From positions 120,528,001-120,592,000 of the forward strand of contig OX597815.1 in NCBI GenBank assembly GCA_951406725.2: a DNA stretch of 64,000 nucleotides, written 5' to 3'. Under the pieces are notes generated by a model that was given only the letters and a program-made list of their open reading frames with translations, was not told the origin of the DNA and did not search any database. Position numbers and translations under genes: made by a program. Shown here piece by piece: positions 39,595-53,941 of this stretch. How positions within the stretch are numbered: position 1 is the first letter of the stretch; each line of letters opens with the position of its first letter. This DNA is from Octopus vulgaris (lineage: Eukaryota).

Positions 39595-40799
39595 TGGCGT
39601 GTACGTGCTTATGTGCGTGTGCGTATGTGTGTGTGCCTGTGAGTGCTTGTTATGATTGCTGGAATTGCATTGCGTATGTATATATGTGTGTTTTTTCTTT
39701 GAGTGTGTGTGTGTTTTTTTACTGGGGAATGGGCGTATTGTCTTTGTGTGTATGTACGTATGTGCGTAAACATGCGTGGGTATGTGGGTGGGTTGTGTTG
39801 TATTTGTGTGTATATATGTATGTATGGGTGTGTTTGTGTGAGCGTGTCTTGTAATTGTCAGAGCGGTGTGTGTAAGTGTGTGCATGTAAGTGTTTATGTA
39901 TGTGTGTATATGTGTGTGTGTCTGTGAGTGTTTGTTGTGGTTGCTAGAATCGTATTTCATGTGTATATGTGTGTGTTTTTTCTTGGAATGTGTGTGTGTT
40001 TGTGTTCGAAAGTGGGATATTGTGTTTGTGCGTGTATGTGTGTGTTTGTACATCTGTGTGTGTTTGTTGTAGATTTGTAGCTGAGTGGTATGGGTATTGT
40101 GTTTATATGTCGGCAGTGCGAGTATATTTTTTGAGATGTTAGAGTATGTTGAGCTGTGATCTATAGTTTTGAATAAGGATATTTTCCTTATTTATCCGTG
40201 TTCGGTCAGTGGTGCTGTCTGGGCACTGGTACAGAGGAGAAACTAGGAATTTGGGGGACTTATTTTGTGCAGCACAGAGATCTAAGTGGCCACTAAGTGG
40301 TATCTGTCTTGTGGTGAGATCACTCAATTACATATACATACATACAAACATACATACATACATACATACATACATACATACATACACACACACACATACA
40401 TACATATATATATATAACCTAATATCACCTAATATCACCTAATCAGAATGATTAAATGCGTTTCCTTCCAATTGCCCTTAAAGCAGTTTTCTGTTTGCAT
40501 GCATGGCCCTTTTCATTTGCCGTCATGCACCCGATACAATGCTGCTCTACAATGTGGTGGTTGTTACTGCTACTGCTGTCATGATTCTTGGCTGCTGCAG
40601 TAATGGCGGCGCTGCTGCGGACTGCAGAGTAGCGTAACACATAGGTCAGAAGCGATGTTTTAAGTAGATAGTTCTGATCCATAAGACAAGTCTTGTACTC
40701 CGAGCATTTAAAGTGTAAAATGAAATTTTAAAAAAAATGTTTGCATTGAATGATTCATTCCTATTTCACCTCATTTCTAATACACTAGCACTTTAAAAA

Positions 40800-43700
40800 G
40801 AGGCGTATGCTTTATGGAGAGAAAATTGACGAAATAAGGAAATATTTCAATACGACCACAATCGGGCAAGTACAGAAATTACTAATAAGAACAAGATCCC
40901 AAAATTTAAAATAGAAAATTCGTAGAAAAAATACACTCTGAAAACTAGAAAAAAAAAACAACCTACTAAAAATAGAAAAGACAATCTACCACAAACCAAC
41001 AAAAGCATTAAAACAAAATTCAGTATATTCAAGACAAATACAACTCCATAAAAGAAAGTAACACAAAACAGAGACGCCCACACCCTGTGACACTTACAAT
41101 AAATCGGTTCTCAAAATAGAATTCCACATATAACAAACAAGAAGACAGACACATAAAAAATAAAGAAATACATAAAAAGAATAAAGCAACATAAGAGAGC
41201 ACAACAAAATCGATGGAAATACATCAATACAAACACCTGCTCAAGTTACACATGGACAAGCAGCTCTACGAATGAATAACTGCAAGTAAGACAGCTCTGC
41301 AAGGGACTCTGTCCACTGAAACATTTCCTGAGCATCAATAGACTGAATGATCTTATCTATTCAGTAATAGTGATAATTTCAATGAAAACCGGGTTTCATA
41401 TTACATTCATGTCAGTCCCCTCCCAAATATAACAAAAATATGTTGAAAATTAATGACTAATTATTTAGCAATATGCAAAAGTAGAGATACAACACGAGAA
41501 TGAATCAAATGTACTTAGATAATTTAAAACCCTTACATTCTTTTGCTGAGGTGATTTACTTAAGCTTTCTCGTTGCTTCTTGAGTGTCTTCTATTATATT
41601 CATTGCAAAATGGAAAACAACCATATTACTACATGATAGAGAAGGGAATTAAATTTAACATTATACTCACAAGAAGAGTAATATTCCAGGTAGACAGGTT
41701 ATCTTCATTATTTTTCCGTCTAGCTTTAACTCTACTGATGTATCTGTCCAGTGAAACAATAAATGGATTAGATGTTTATAAAAGATTCACAATCTTCTGC
41801 AGATAAAATGCTTAAAATTATTTGCAAAGAGACAGCGATCAGTTGGAAAATGTACTAAATGTTGTCCATAAATTCGGTCAAGGAATAAAAAATAAATATG
41901 AGATTAGATAAATATGACATGGCTACTAATAGGAAAAGCAAATTAACTAAAACTAAATACATTAGATTAGATACAGACAGGGAAAACAGAAAATTAGGCC
42001 AGAAATACTCATACAAACACTTAAGAGTAGATAAAACTAATGAAATACAATACAAAATGAGGGAAAAATTAGAAAAGCATAATATATGGGCGTGAGACTA
42101 ATATTAAAACTAGACTCAATACAAAAAATAAAATAATAGGTATAAGTACATCATGCATATCTAAAATATATTAAATTTTAACATTGGAAGTGTAATTGAA
42201 GAAGATAGAAAAAAACAGAGAACTACCAACGAAGTTCTGAAGCCGCCATTTCGAAGTTGGTAAAGACAGAATGTAATCCCTTCCCCAACACACATGGTTG
42301 ATAGGGTATGTATGTATGTATGTATGTATGTATGTATGTATGTATGTATGTATGTATGTATGTATGTATAGGCGCAGGCATGGCTGTGTGGTAAGAAGCT
42401 TGCTTTCCAACCACAGGTTCAATCCCACTGCGTGGCATCTTGAGCAAGTGTCTTCAACTATAGCCAATTATATCAGGTCATCCCATAAGTTCTGTCCGAT
42501 TTTACCTTTTTTGAAATTGAATGAAATGTAGTAGTATTTCAGAATCTCTAATGGAATTAAAAATTACTTTTATGCATTTGTGTATATTTAAACTAATTAA
42601 ATATTATTTTACAGAATAATAGAATTTAAATTTCTTTAAAACCCTTTCTAACATGGAAATATCCAAAGAGCATTTAAGGCACATAATGCTTTATGAGTAC
42701 AAAAAAGGAAACTCTGCAGCCGAAGCGACTCGAAACATACACTCAGTTTATGGGAAAGAATGCTTGAATAAAAGAACTTGCAGAAGATGGTTTGCAAAAT
42801 TCAGAAGTGGAGATTTCAGCCTTGAAGATGACGATCGAACAGGACGTCCTGTTGAGTTTCATGATTAGCTCCTTGAGGCATTACTTGAAGAAAATCCTAC
42901 ATTATCAGTTGAAGAATTGGCAATAAAGCTTAGTTCAAATCATGCAACTGTTCATTGTCATCTTCTACAACTTGGAAAGGTTCATAAACTTGGAAAATGG
43001 GTGCCTCATGAATTGTCCGAAAGCAACCGCAAATCCCGAGTTGACATCTGTTCTCTCCATTCTCGCGAACTCATTTCAACCTTTTTGGATTGACTTGTGA
43101 CAGGTGACGAAAAATGGATCTTCTATCGAAATGTTAAACGTCGTAAACAGTGGCTTGATAAAAGGGAAAAAGCTCAACCACAACCGAGAAGGGAACTTCA
43201 TGGGGAAAAGGTTCTTCTCTCTATCTGGTGGGATTGAAAAGGAATAATTCACTTTGAATTGTTACCACCTAATGCAACAATCAATGTTCAAGTCTACTGT
43301 CAGCAACTAGAGCGTTTGAACCAAGCTTTGAAGAAAAAAACCCCGCTTTAGTGAATCGAAAAGGAGTGATGTTTCATCAGGACAATGCACGACCCCATAC
43401 TGCAAAGATCACATCACAGAAGATCGAAGAGCTTGGATGGTAAAAAATTCCTCATCCACCTTATTCTCCCGACCTTGCTCCTTCAGACTACTATTTGTTT
43501 CGTAGTTTACTGAATCATTTGAGGGACATAACTTTCGCAAGCCAGGAGGAGGTGGAAATTGACATTTCAGAGTTTTTCGCTTTGAAACCAAAAGACTTTT
43601 ACATTGATGGGATTAAAAAGCTTGTAAATAGATGGAAGGAAGTCATTGATAACCAGGGAAAGTACATTGATGATTAAATTTCAATTAAATATAACATTTG

Positions 43701-44600
43701 ATCACTTGTTTTCTTTATTCAAAATTTGGACAGAACTTATGGGATGACCTGATATGTTGCACTTGATGTATATACACTGTTGCTAGACCAGTTACAACGG
43801 CAGTCGTCCTGAGATAACATCTCAGAAATGCTATTTCATAATGAATAACTGGCCTATAAGAGTGGATCTACATTAAGTATGATATATAGATAGCTATTTT
43901 AAATCAAAATTGCCTCATTTGCGTATATCGGATAATGAAAAAAATGAAAATAAAAATCACTCATTAGCCATTACCCCGCACAACTAGATTAACAAGAACA
44001 AAAACCTTTTACGAAAACAATACCAAGGCATAAGTGACTCCATAAATAATGATAATAATGCCAATATCAAATACTGATTATGCAATTATTAACCGCAGCA
44101 TAAATTGATGATTAGGCAATCAATGAGACGACTGAATATATCATTTCCGACTGCGAAGTTCTTTCCAATCGTGTTTATACTGACAGACAAGATGGAGTCG
44201 GCAGTTGTGTCTAACGGGAAATATACCGACGCTTTGATGTGAAAATGAATAAGATGTGGTATAAACATGTACGAAACACTATACATGACAACGACCTTGC
44301 CATAATCATCTGAAACGTGCCTGTTCAAACCGACATGCAGATCAAGGTAATTCGCCCAGATATAATTATTAAGGACAGGAAGGAAAATGTCTGTATTCTG
44401 ACAGACATCTCGATACCTTCCGGGCAAAATAAGAAAGGAATGGAAAACCTGTTGAACTATTAGGGGCATGAAAGTGAAATAAACAGGCTGTAAGCATGGA
44501 GGTGAAAAACATACCGATAATTACTGAAACACTAGGTATAATTTTAAAAAAATATAAACAAAAACTATAAACTTTCAAAGTAGAAACCATCTCTTGCGCA
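40800..44600 (+). pseudogene. Old R4/Dong-clade LINE interrupted by (TATG)n, a SINE and a mariner
   Basis: RRVIFQVDRLSSLFFRLAL (cf. RRGIFQGDSLSPLLFCLAL), RLDKY..YKHLRV (cf. GLDKC..YKYLGV), LKTRLNTKNKIIGI; after the mariner ETTEYIISDCEVL..DRQDGV and PDIIIKDRKENVCILTDISIP; 5' boundary uncertain. Confidence 0.75.
42473..43752 (+). mobile_element. Full-length (1280 bp) mariner DD34D element, transposase disrupted
   Basis: TIR tcaggtcatcccataagttctgtcc / ggacagaacttatgggatgacctga, TA on both sides; ATG 42653 to TAA 43677 with WVPHEL, TGDEKW, HQDNARPH, YSPDLAPSDY; internal stops and frameshifts. Confidence 0.96.
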
Positions 44601-44644
44601 AAGAGTTCGCCCTTCGTACTTTTGCATAATCGTCAATATAAAGA

Positions 44645-45055
44645 GCCTGGCATGGCTGCGTGGTAAGAAGCTTGCTTCCTAACCACATGGATCAGGGTTC
44701 AGTCACTGCGCGGAATCTTGTGCAATTGTCTTCAACTATAGCCTCGGGCCAACAGAGGCCCTGTGGTAGACGGAAAATAAAAGAAGCCCATCTTGTATGT
44801 GTGTGTGCGTTTTTGTATGTGTGTGAGTGTGTGTGTGTTTGAGTCTGTGTTTGTCTCCCACCACTCTTCACAGCTGGTGCTAATGTGTTTACGTTCCCGT
44901 AACCTAGCGGTTGGACAAAGAGATCGATAGAATGAGTACCAGGCTTTAGAATAAATAAATAAATACTGGGGTTGATTCATTCGACTAAAAACTCTCGAAG
45001 GTGATGCCCCAGCATGGTCTTAGTTTAATGACTGAAAGAAGTAAAAGACAAAAAG
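44645..45055 (+). mobile_element. SINE family A, diverged
   Basis: Family A head and tail motifs. Confidence 0.8.
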
Positions 45056-45239
45056 TAACTCGCAAAACTTACCTTCTACAATAACCGACGTAGCACGCTA
45101 CACTACATAATAATCTCGCAACATCAAAACGTATGGCATGACTGACTCAGTATAAATGAAACGCAATCCAGCAAAATAAATACAAATTACATTTCACATA
45201 CTCCACACAGACACCAAAATGTACCATAAGCATCAACAA

Positions 45240-46120
45240 TATCCTTTTCTACTCTAGGAACAAGGCCCGAAATTTTGGGGGAGGGGGGGCAGTCGATTGT
45301 ATCGATCCCAGTATACAACTGGTACTTAATTTATCGACCTCTGAAAAGATGAAAGACAAAATCGACCTCGGTGGAATTTGAACTCAGAACGTAAAGACAG
45401 ACGGAATACCTATTTCTTTACTACCCACAAGGGGCTAAACACAGTGAGGACAAAGGACAGACAAATGGATTAAGTCGATTACATCAACCCCAGTGCGTAA
45501 CTGGTACTTAATTTATCGACCCCGAAAGGATGAAAGGCAAAGTCGTCCTCGGCGGAATTTGAACTCAGAACGTAACGGCAGACGAAATACCTATTTCTAT
45601 TTCTTTATTACCCACAAGGGGCTAAACACAGAGCGGACAAACAAGGACAGACATAGGTATTAAGTCGATTACATCGACCCCAGTGCGTAAATGGTACTTA
45701 ATTTATCGACCCCGAAAGGATGAAAGGCAAAGTCGACCTCGGCGGAATTTGAACTCACAACGTAACGCAGACGAAATACCGCTAAGCATTTCGCTCGGTG
45801 TGCTAACGATTCTGCCGGCTCGCCGTCTTAAGCATCAGCAATATCGAAAAACACAATAAAACTGATGTATGTACACACGCAATTATACACTCCCCAAAAA
45901 CATTGCAACGCAAACTTTACGAACACTGGGGTACACTTAGTGGTGATGTAGAAACATGGGGAGGGAAAGTCGATGATATTTACTCCAGTACTTAACTGGT
46001 AATTATTTCTATCACCCTCGAAAGGCAAAATTGACCGCTGCGGAATTTGAACGTAAACATGGACGAAATAGCGCTAAGCAATTTGCCCGGTGTGCTAAGG
46101 ATTCTGCCAGCTCGATGTCT
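45240..46120 (-). mobile_element. Tandem SINE family B multimer (three joined units plus a separate copy)
   Basis: Repeated ggtacttaatttatcgaccccgaaaggatgaaaggcaaagtcg..ctcggcggaatttgaactcagaacgtaa. Confidence 0.9.
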
Positions 46121-46539
46121 TACGAGAGCAAATAAAATTAATGACATAAAAAATAATTAGAGAAACCATTATCAGTTAATGGAAGATATGGTTTCTTGTC
46201 AGTAGTAAGGAGCTAACAGCGAACTCTTTATTTTGAGGCTGAAAATTAAAACAAATACTGTATGATATTTGTTTATTTGCACATTGGTGCAAATAATTGT
46301 CGCTGTCGCTACGAACAATAAACAATCATATAAACATTGACAACCAATAATAAACAAACAACAGCTATCACAAACAACAGATAAAGATCAATATCGTCAC
46401 CACCATCAACATTTACAGTTGTCATGTTTTATTTTTTACTTCTTTTTCAACTTGTTGTCTCTTTCCCCTTTTTGTTACTTCCTTTAGCGTTACGCAAAAA
46501 GTTAGATGGGTAGGAACGTACTATTACATCAGCATGTAG

Positions 46540-47155
46540 ATCGAGCTGGCAGAAACCTTAGCACGCCGGGCGAAATGCGTAGCCGTATTTCGTCTGCCGT
46601 TACGTTCTGAGTTCAAATTCCGCGGAGTCGACTTTGCCTTTCATCCTTTCGGGGTCGTTAAATTAAGTACCAGTTACGCACTGGGGTCGATATAATCGAC
46701 TTAATCCGTTTGTCTGTCCTTGTTAGTCCCTTCTGTGTTTAGCCCCTTGTGGGTAGTAAAGAAATAGGTTTTTCGTCTGCCGCTAAGTTCTGAGTTCAAA
46801 TTCCGCCGAGGTCGACTTTGACTTTCATCCTTTCGGGGTCGATAAATTAAGTACCAGTTGCGTACTGCGGTCGATCTAATCGACTGACCTCCCCACCAAA
46901 ATTTCGGACCTTGTGTCTAGAGCAGAAAAGAATATGTAGATGACTTAAGGCGGAGAACCGACAAAATGTTAGCGCACCGAACGAAATGCTTAGCGGCATT
47001 TCATCTGTCTTTACGTTCTAAGTTCAATTTCCGCCAAGGTTGACTTTGCCTTTCACTCTTTCGGGGTCGATAAAATATGTAGGAGTTTGTGTACTATGGT
47101 CGATATAATCGACTTACCTTTCCCCAAAATTGCTGGCCTTGTGCCAAAATTTGAA
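46540..47155 (+). mobile_element. Tandem SINE family B multimer (three units)
   Basis: Repeated gttctgagttcaaattccg..gtcgactttg..tttcatcctttcggggtcg. Confidence 0.9.
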
Positions 47156-47880
47156 AGTATTATAAAGATAATTTCTTATTTAGGTACAAGACGACAATGC
47201 TTGATCACTAATTATTTTTTTCAAACTCAGAAGAACGAAAGACAAAGTCAACCTCGACAGGATTCGAACCGAGAACGCAGACATCAAATCTCACTGAAAT
47301 CAATTTCCATCTTCCATTCTTCTAGAGTCACCTATCAGTACTTACCGCTTCCACCATTGCAGCCATTACACTTGCCATTGTCACCGTTATCATCCCAATC
47401 AGTACTATTAACATCAACCATCAATGCTATATTATCCTCGCAATTGTTGTCATCATGACAACCTTTATACCCACCCCAACAATCCTCATCCTCTTCATCC
47501 TCTTCATCCTCTTCATCCTTCTTATTTCCCTCCTCTTACTCCAGCTCATCATCATCACCGTCATCGTCATCATCATCATCACCATCACCATCATCATCAT
47601 CATTTCGAAGAAAGCTGTATAAAAGTTGATAATCGTACATACAGCAGATTCAGAAACGACAGTAGCAATGCAATCATCAGCGTGATTTAACAATAAATCA
47701 TAAATGCAATTATGGTGATTAGCAGACAGATTCGAATAGATTGCTTGTTATAATCAACTGATTTTCAAGAAGATGCAGGTTTAATCTTGTTTGTTACGTC
47801 TCTATTGCAACAGTTCATTTGTTATTTTTGTCCTTTTTACACTCCAATAATTGCAACTCCTGTAGAAACTGGTTCGCAAA

Positions 47881-47911
<31 letters not shown>

Positions 47912-48614
47912 ACAAATAAATAAATAAATAAAACAGCAACAACAACGAAGCAAATATACAATGTTTGTTAGTTGCTTAGCAATGATATAATTTACATATT
48001 AAACTTGTCTCAAACATCGGTAGAAACATGTTAATGTTAACCGTGTTCCTCTGATTAGTCTTGGACCAAGTATTGGCAATAATTTCTCTTGTCAACTGTG
48101 ATTCTTTGAATAATAACCTATGTTTACTCTCCCTTTCTCTCTCTATCTTTCCCCCCACACATACATACTCACACACATACGCATACTCTTTTTCCCCCCT
48201 TTACTCATTCCCATTCTCTTCTTGCTCTCCTTCCTCCTCCTCCTTCTTCTCCTCCTCCCCTCTTTCTTTTTCTATCTGTCTATCTGTATCTCTCTCCCAC
48301 TAGAATTAATTACTTTATCCATCCATCTCCCTTCAGAAGCTGTTAAAGTAATGAAAACCATATTTAGATTTTATTCCCTTTATCATCTTTCATCACCCGC
48401 TACCAATTAATTTGTTTCTCTCTCTTCTCTTGTCCTTTTCTTCCATCTTACTAATGTTTTATTTCTTGTTTGTTCGGATTTCATCAGCGAATAATCTAAA
48501 AATTTAAACAACAACAGGAGCTGAAAGAATAATTAACACTTTAATCCATTCCCACCACTCACAGACCAAAAAGAAATAAATAGAAATAAACGCGCATACA
48601 CACACACATACACA

Positions 48615-48646
<32 letters not shown>

Positions 48647-48720
48647 TACATACATACATACATACATACATACACACATACATACATGGATACATACATA
48701 TGTGTGTGTGAATATATAGA

Positions 48721-48812
<92 letters not shown>

Positions 48813-49329
48813 CATACATATACAGACAGACTGAGCGCGCACATATACGTAAACATTTTCGTTTTCAGATAGTGGCTTTCCTTTTCTGCTTTTTTCTTTC
48901 ACTTATTCACAACCGGAACTTTTCTCTATCCTATTTGTTTTGCTCTCATTCCCATCCCATTTTAATGGCCAAAATATACATTCGTTTCCGAACCACTGAT
49001 AAAATATATCATTAGTCCATTCCTTTTGCATCGTAGACTAATTTGATGATTGCATCAAATGTTGAACGGTGGCTATGAGTAAAAAGGCTGGGCCAAAAGA
49101 AAAAGAAAAAAAATATACCATAAAAATAACTTTTTAATTTTTCATTGTCGCCAAGAAGAAAATATTTTTGGCGAAATAAACAGATAAAAGTCAGTCGCTT
49201 TCCCCCAAAACTCAATGGAACAAAATTTAGGATAAAGGAAATTCATGATGCCTGAACGATCAATTAACTGTGACTTTGACAAAGACAACAACAACAACAG
49301 CAGCAACAGCAACAACAACAGCAACAATA

Positions 49330-49646
49330 TTGCTTTCAAGTTTTGGCTCAAAGCCAGCAAATTTATGGGTAGGGCAAGTCGATTACATCGAACCTAGTGC
49401 GCCACAATAACAACAACGATATTAGCAACAACAGCAGTAATAATCTTTTGCAGTATAAGCACAAGGCCTGAAATGTGGTGGAAGGAGCTAGCCAATTGCA
49501 TCCCCTCAGTGCATGACTAGTACTTATTTCATCGAACCCCGAAAGAATGTAAGGCAAAGTCGACCTTGGTGGAATTCGAACTCAGAACGTAAAGGCAGAC
49601 AAAATACTGCTATGCGTTTTGCCTGGCATGCTAACGATTCTACCAG
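49330..49646 (-). mobile_element. SINE family B fragments
   Basis: aaggcaaagtcgaccttggtggaattcgaactcagaacgtaa. Confidence 0.75.
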
Positions 49647-49651
49647 TAATA

Positions 49652-49702
<51 letters not shown>

Positions 49703-50536
49703 TATACAATAAGTTTACACAATATCTAGGAGATAGGAAATTTTTATACTACGTTCTTATCTGTAATGAAGAAATTATGTTTTTATATAACATGAAGAAG
49801 AAGAAGAAGAAGAAGAAGAAGAAGAAGAAGAAGAAGAAGGAGAAGAAGAAGAAGAAGAAGAAGGAGGTGGAGGAGGAGGAGGAGGAGGAGGAGGAGGAGG
49901 AGAGGAAGAGGAAGACGAGGAGGAGGAGGTTAGCATATCACTTAAGATAATGTCGATGTTACATTCTTAATGCATGTGTTTTGTTTATACGCCTATTAGC
50001 TGCAGAATTTCGCCCAGGGAATGTCCCTTTAAGACGTCGAGTGTTAGAAAACACTGAATACCTCAAAACCAGGGGAAACGAATCGCTCCCTATGTTAACG
50101 GGAATGGTGTATATCCATATTTCGCTGTTATTTCAGCTCATCTGCACCGCATACCCGAGTCACCTCAAAACGAATTTGAATCGCTGCTCTGAGATATATA
50201 TATGCAGATAGATTTTATGCTATTTGCATATATAAATACTTAACTAATGCCACCTTCGGAAGGTTTAACATAAGGTAATCGATTTCTATATTCAGTTAAT
50301 GCATAAAACTACATATATAATAAAACCAGCTAGTTTTACGGTATTTTAAGTTTAGATTTATGTGATGTTAAACAGGTGAGAAACAGACCTATACATGGCC
50401 AGGGAAGTAATCAATCATTTCTAGCTTTATCGGAACGAGGTTGTAACATATCTTGAAATCATGACCAAAAAGTTAATTGCTCACCATGTCCAGTCGACCA
50501 TTTCAGCTCTGTTGACTGCCTTACACGCTTGATTTT

Positions 50537-50568
<32 letters not shown>

Positions 50569-50798
50569 TGTATGTATGTATGTATGTATGTATGTATGTA
50601 TGTATGTATGTATGTTGAGGATCGTTAGTAAATACTCTGCTCCGAGCGTTGAAGCGTGTCATAATGCATGCTAAGTTGTACCCTACTTACTTACCTTAAA
50701 AGACATTGACAAACCTGTAAACATCACTCTGGTATCTAAGTGGGTGTATGTTTGTTTGTTTGCGTGTGTGTGTATGTCTGTGTGTATTATGTATATAT

Positions 50799-50850
<52 letters not shown>

Positions 50851-51479
50851 AATATATATATATATATACATATGCATACATATATATGTGCGTATATATA
50901 TATATATAAATGTGTGTGTGCGCGTGCGCGTAATATTTCATTCGATACACGACTATGTTCAAATTTTATCTTTTTATTTTATATTTTTCCTATTTTCCTA
51001 TTAGATTTTTACTGTTGGTTTGAAACAGCAGAGATTGCAAGTCCACACTCGACGATTCGGGATTTTCGCAGTCTCATTTCAAGAATTGGATTTGGTGTTT
51101 GCAATTTTGTCTATATACTGACTGAATTCGTTTAGACTTTCTCGCCAGATGTATTTTGACTGTTAGCATCATGCATCAGTAATCACAGTTGATCTGTTTG
51201 TCACGGTTAGATAGGTTTTTGTATCTTATTTCTTATGTCAGTAGTTACGTGATCATTTTTTGATGTTTGTGGTTGTGTGTTAATTTTGGCATTGTATTGT
51301 GATATGAGCTCGATTTCCCAAATTGATCTTCAATTTTTGTGAGCTATTTTATAAAGTATGTATTTTTCTCCAGTATTTTTCAATTTAATTTCGTTTTGTA
51401 ATGTGTCGGATATGCGATGCAATATTATGTAACATCTCTATGTTACAAGTGTATGGTAAATCTACATAAGAGTGAGGTA

Positions 51480-52765
51480 CGAGGGGCATTCAATAAGTAA
51501 TGCCCCTGACCCACTTCCCATAGCAGTAGAGCAACGACACTTGGCGCAGTTATTAGTCTTCTTTTACATAGGAACCACACAGAGTTATACATTTCTCCCA
51601 TCGTTTGATGCAGCTCTAGAGACCGTTTTTGTAGAAGACCCCAGCTTGGTCCTCCAACCACGACCTGACTTAAGAAATCAAAGCTGCATCATCTGGGAAA
51701 CGCTTTCCTTTCAAAAACAACTTCATGGCTGGGAAGAGGTGAAAATCCGAGGGTGCAAGGTCAGGAGAGTAGGAGTTTGGGGGAAGAGTTCATAGCCGCA
51801 CGCCTGTGCTTCTGATCTGGCGACCATCGAGTTGTGGACCGGAGCGTTGTCCTGCAGGAGGAGGATGCCTTTGCTGATCTTGCCCCGCCTCTTGTTTTTG
51901 ATAGCTTCTCTTAATTTCCTCAAAAGTGAAGCATAATAGGCTCCTGTAATTGTAGTACATTTTGCCAGGAAATCTGTCATCTCTACTCCGTCCTCGTCCC
52001 AGAAGACTGTGAGCATGACCTTGCGAGCGGAGGGCTGCACCCTTGCCTCCTTTGGAGGAGGTGAGTCACGGTGTTTCCACTGCATTGACTGGGCTTTGGT
52101 CTCTGGATCATGGTGATGGACCCAGGTTTCATCCTGTGTAATCAATCTTTTGAAAAATTTTGACTCATCTTCTTGGCACATCTCCAAATTCACCCTCGAG
52201 CACTCGACGCGTTCTTGCTTCTGGAAAGGTGTGAGCAACATGGGAATCCATCTGGCAGACACCTTTTGCATATGCAAATGGTCATGAATGATAGTTTCCA
52301 CAGACCCGGTACTAATCTTGACCTCATGGGCTATTTGGCGAATAGTTATGCGTCGATCTTCCAAAATGGCAGCCTCAACTTGACGGACAGATGCCTCATC
52401 AATGGCAGAAGGATGGTGACCAGATCTGGGGGCTGTTTCCACAGAGTTCCGACCATGTTTGAATTCACGATGCCGACGTTTTACAAAGTCATATGATGGG
52501 GCATCTTTATCATAAGTTACTTTCATTTCATCAAAAGTCTCCCGTGGTGTGCGTCCTTTCAAATGCAAAACCCGGATCACTGCTCGACACTCAACAGGCT
52601 CCATTTCACACTTGACTCAGTTCAAACACCTGTAAATCAGAAACCAGTTCAGAGCTGTAATTTGCCACGTAATCTATAGAGATATGAATAATTCCACATG
52701 CAAAATTTCAGCAAGATCAAACAACAACAAGTGGGTCAGGGGCATTACTTACTGAACGTCCCTCG
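51480..52765 (-). mobile_element. Full-length (1286 bp) mariner element, irritans/Hsmar2-like
   Basis: TIR cgaggggcattcaataagtaatgcccctgacccactt / aagtgggtcaggggcattacttactgaacgtccctcg, TA on both sides. Confidence 0.96.
51553..52604 (-). pseudogene. Mariner transposase, open for ~275 codons then frameshifted before YSPDLAPSDF
   Basis: WIPMLLT, ITQDETWVHH, LQDNAPVH; YSPDLAPSDFHLFP in a shifted frame, with further stops in the C-terminal part. Confidence 0.92.
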
Positions 52766-53202
52766 TACTGGACTCTTCTTTGATAAAATAATTCTGAACA
52801 CTCAGCTTTCGACAATGCTTTCAAAATTTAGTCAACAATTTAGAGGAGGACTAAGTCATTTACATCGACTCCAATGATCAACTGGTACTCATTTTATTGA
52901 TCCGAAAAGATGAAAGGCAAACTGGCCCTCGGCTAAATTTAAACACAATGTGATGGGTTGGAAGAAATACTGGCAACTATTTTATCCGATACTCTAACAG
53001 TTATGCTAGCTCGCCACCTAAGATGTTTGCTAATTTATACCTTCATTAATATGGAACAATATACATCCGTGAATTTATATGCATGAGCATAGATACGAGT
53101 ATAAGATTGTTTACAAGTTGACGCAAGAGATGCATAACTTATGCATATTTTTCTTGTTATTTGAAGGATTTACAAAGGGATTTTTACTCGAAATATAAGG
53201 AT

Positions 53203-53404
53203 TCTCTTTTACTTGTTTCAGTCATTTGACTGCGGCCATGCTGGAGCACCACATTTAATCGAGCAAATCGACCCCAGGACTTATTCTTTGTAAGCCTAGT
53301 ACTTATTCTATCGGTCTCTTTTGACGAACCGCTAAGTTACGAGGGCGTAAACTCACCACCATCGGTTGTCAAGCTATGTTGGGGAGATAAACACAGACAC
53401 ACAA

Positions 53405-53475
<71 letters not shown>

Positions 53476-53636
53476 CGACGGGCTTCTTTCAGTTTCCGTC
53501 TATCAAATCCACTCACAAGGCTTAGGTCGGCCCGAGGCTATAGTAGAAGACACTTGCCCAAGGTGCCATGGTTCTGAACCCGGAACCATGTGGTTGGTAA
53601 GCAAGCTACTTACCACTCAGCCACTCCTACACCTAT
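53203..53636 (-). mobile_element. SINE family A, full length
   Basis: Reverse complement of 53942-54412. Confidence 0.9.
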
Positions 53637-53716
53637 AACTGAATATTTCTAAGGTAACACTTAAATTTCTTTGTTATTGTTATTTATATTTACTGTTCTT
53701 AACATTTATCTTTCCT

Positions 53717-53921
53717 AAGGTGGCGAGCTGGCAGAACTGTTAGCTCATCGGGAAAAACGCTAGGCGGCATTTTGACTGTCCATATGTTCTGAGTTCTAAT
53801 CCCTCCGAGGTCGACTTTTGCTTTCATTCTTTTAGGGTCTATAAAATAAGTACCAGTTGAGTCAGTTTAATCGATTTATCCCCTCCCCGAAATTACTGGT
53901 CTCGGGCCAAAATTTGAAACC
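53717..53921 (+). mobile_element. SINE family B
   Basis: aaggtggcgagctggcagaa...ccgaggtcgactttt. Confidence 0.8.
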
Positions 53922-53941
53922 GATATTTATCTTTCTTTATA

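Noticed and set aside
40452-40682. 76-aa minus-strand ORF of plausible composition
   Set aside because: No recognisable domain or clear splice signals; it adjoins LINE debris
45240-47155. Regularly spaced conserved repeats with palindromic gtcgac/atcgac motifs
   Set aside because: These are tandem SINE units also found dispersed through the window; there are no unique spacers
51723-52604. Domesticated SETMAR-like gene or active transposase
   Set aside because: It is bounded by TIRs and TA, has a frameshift before the third catalytic Asp plus downstream stops, and no SET exon is seen
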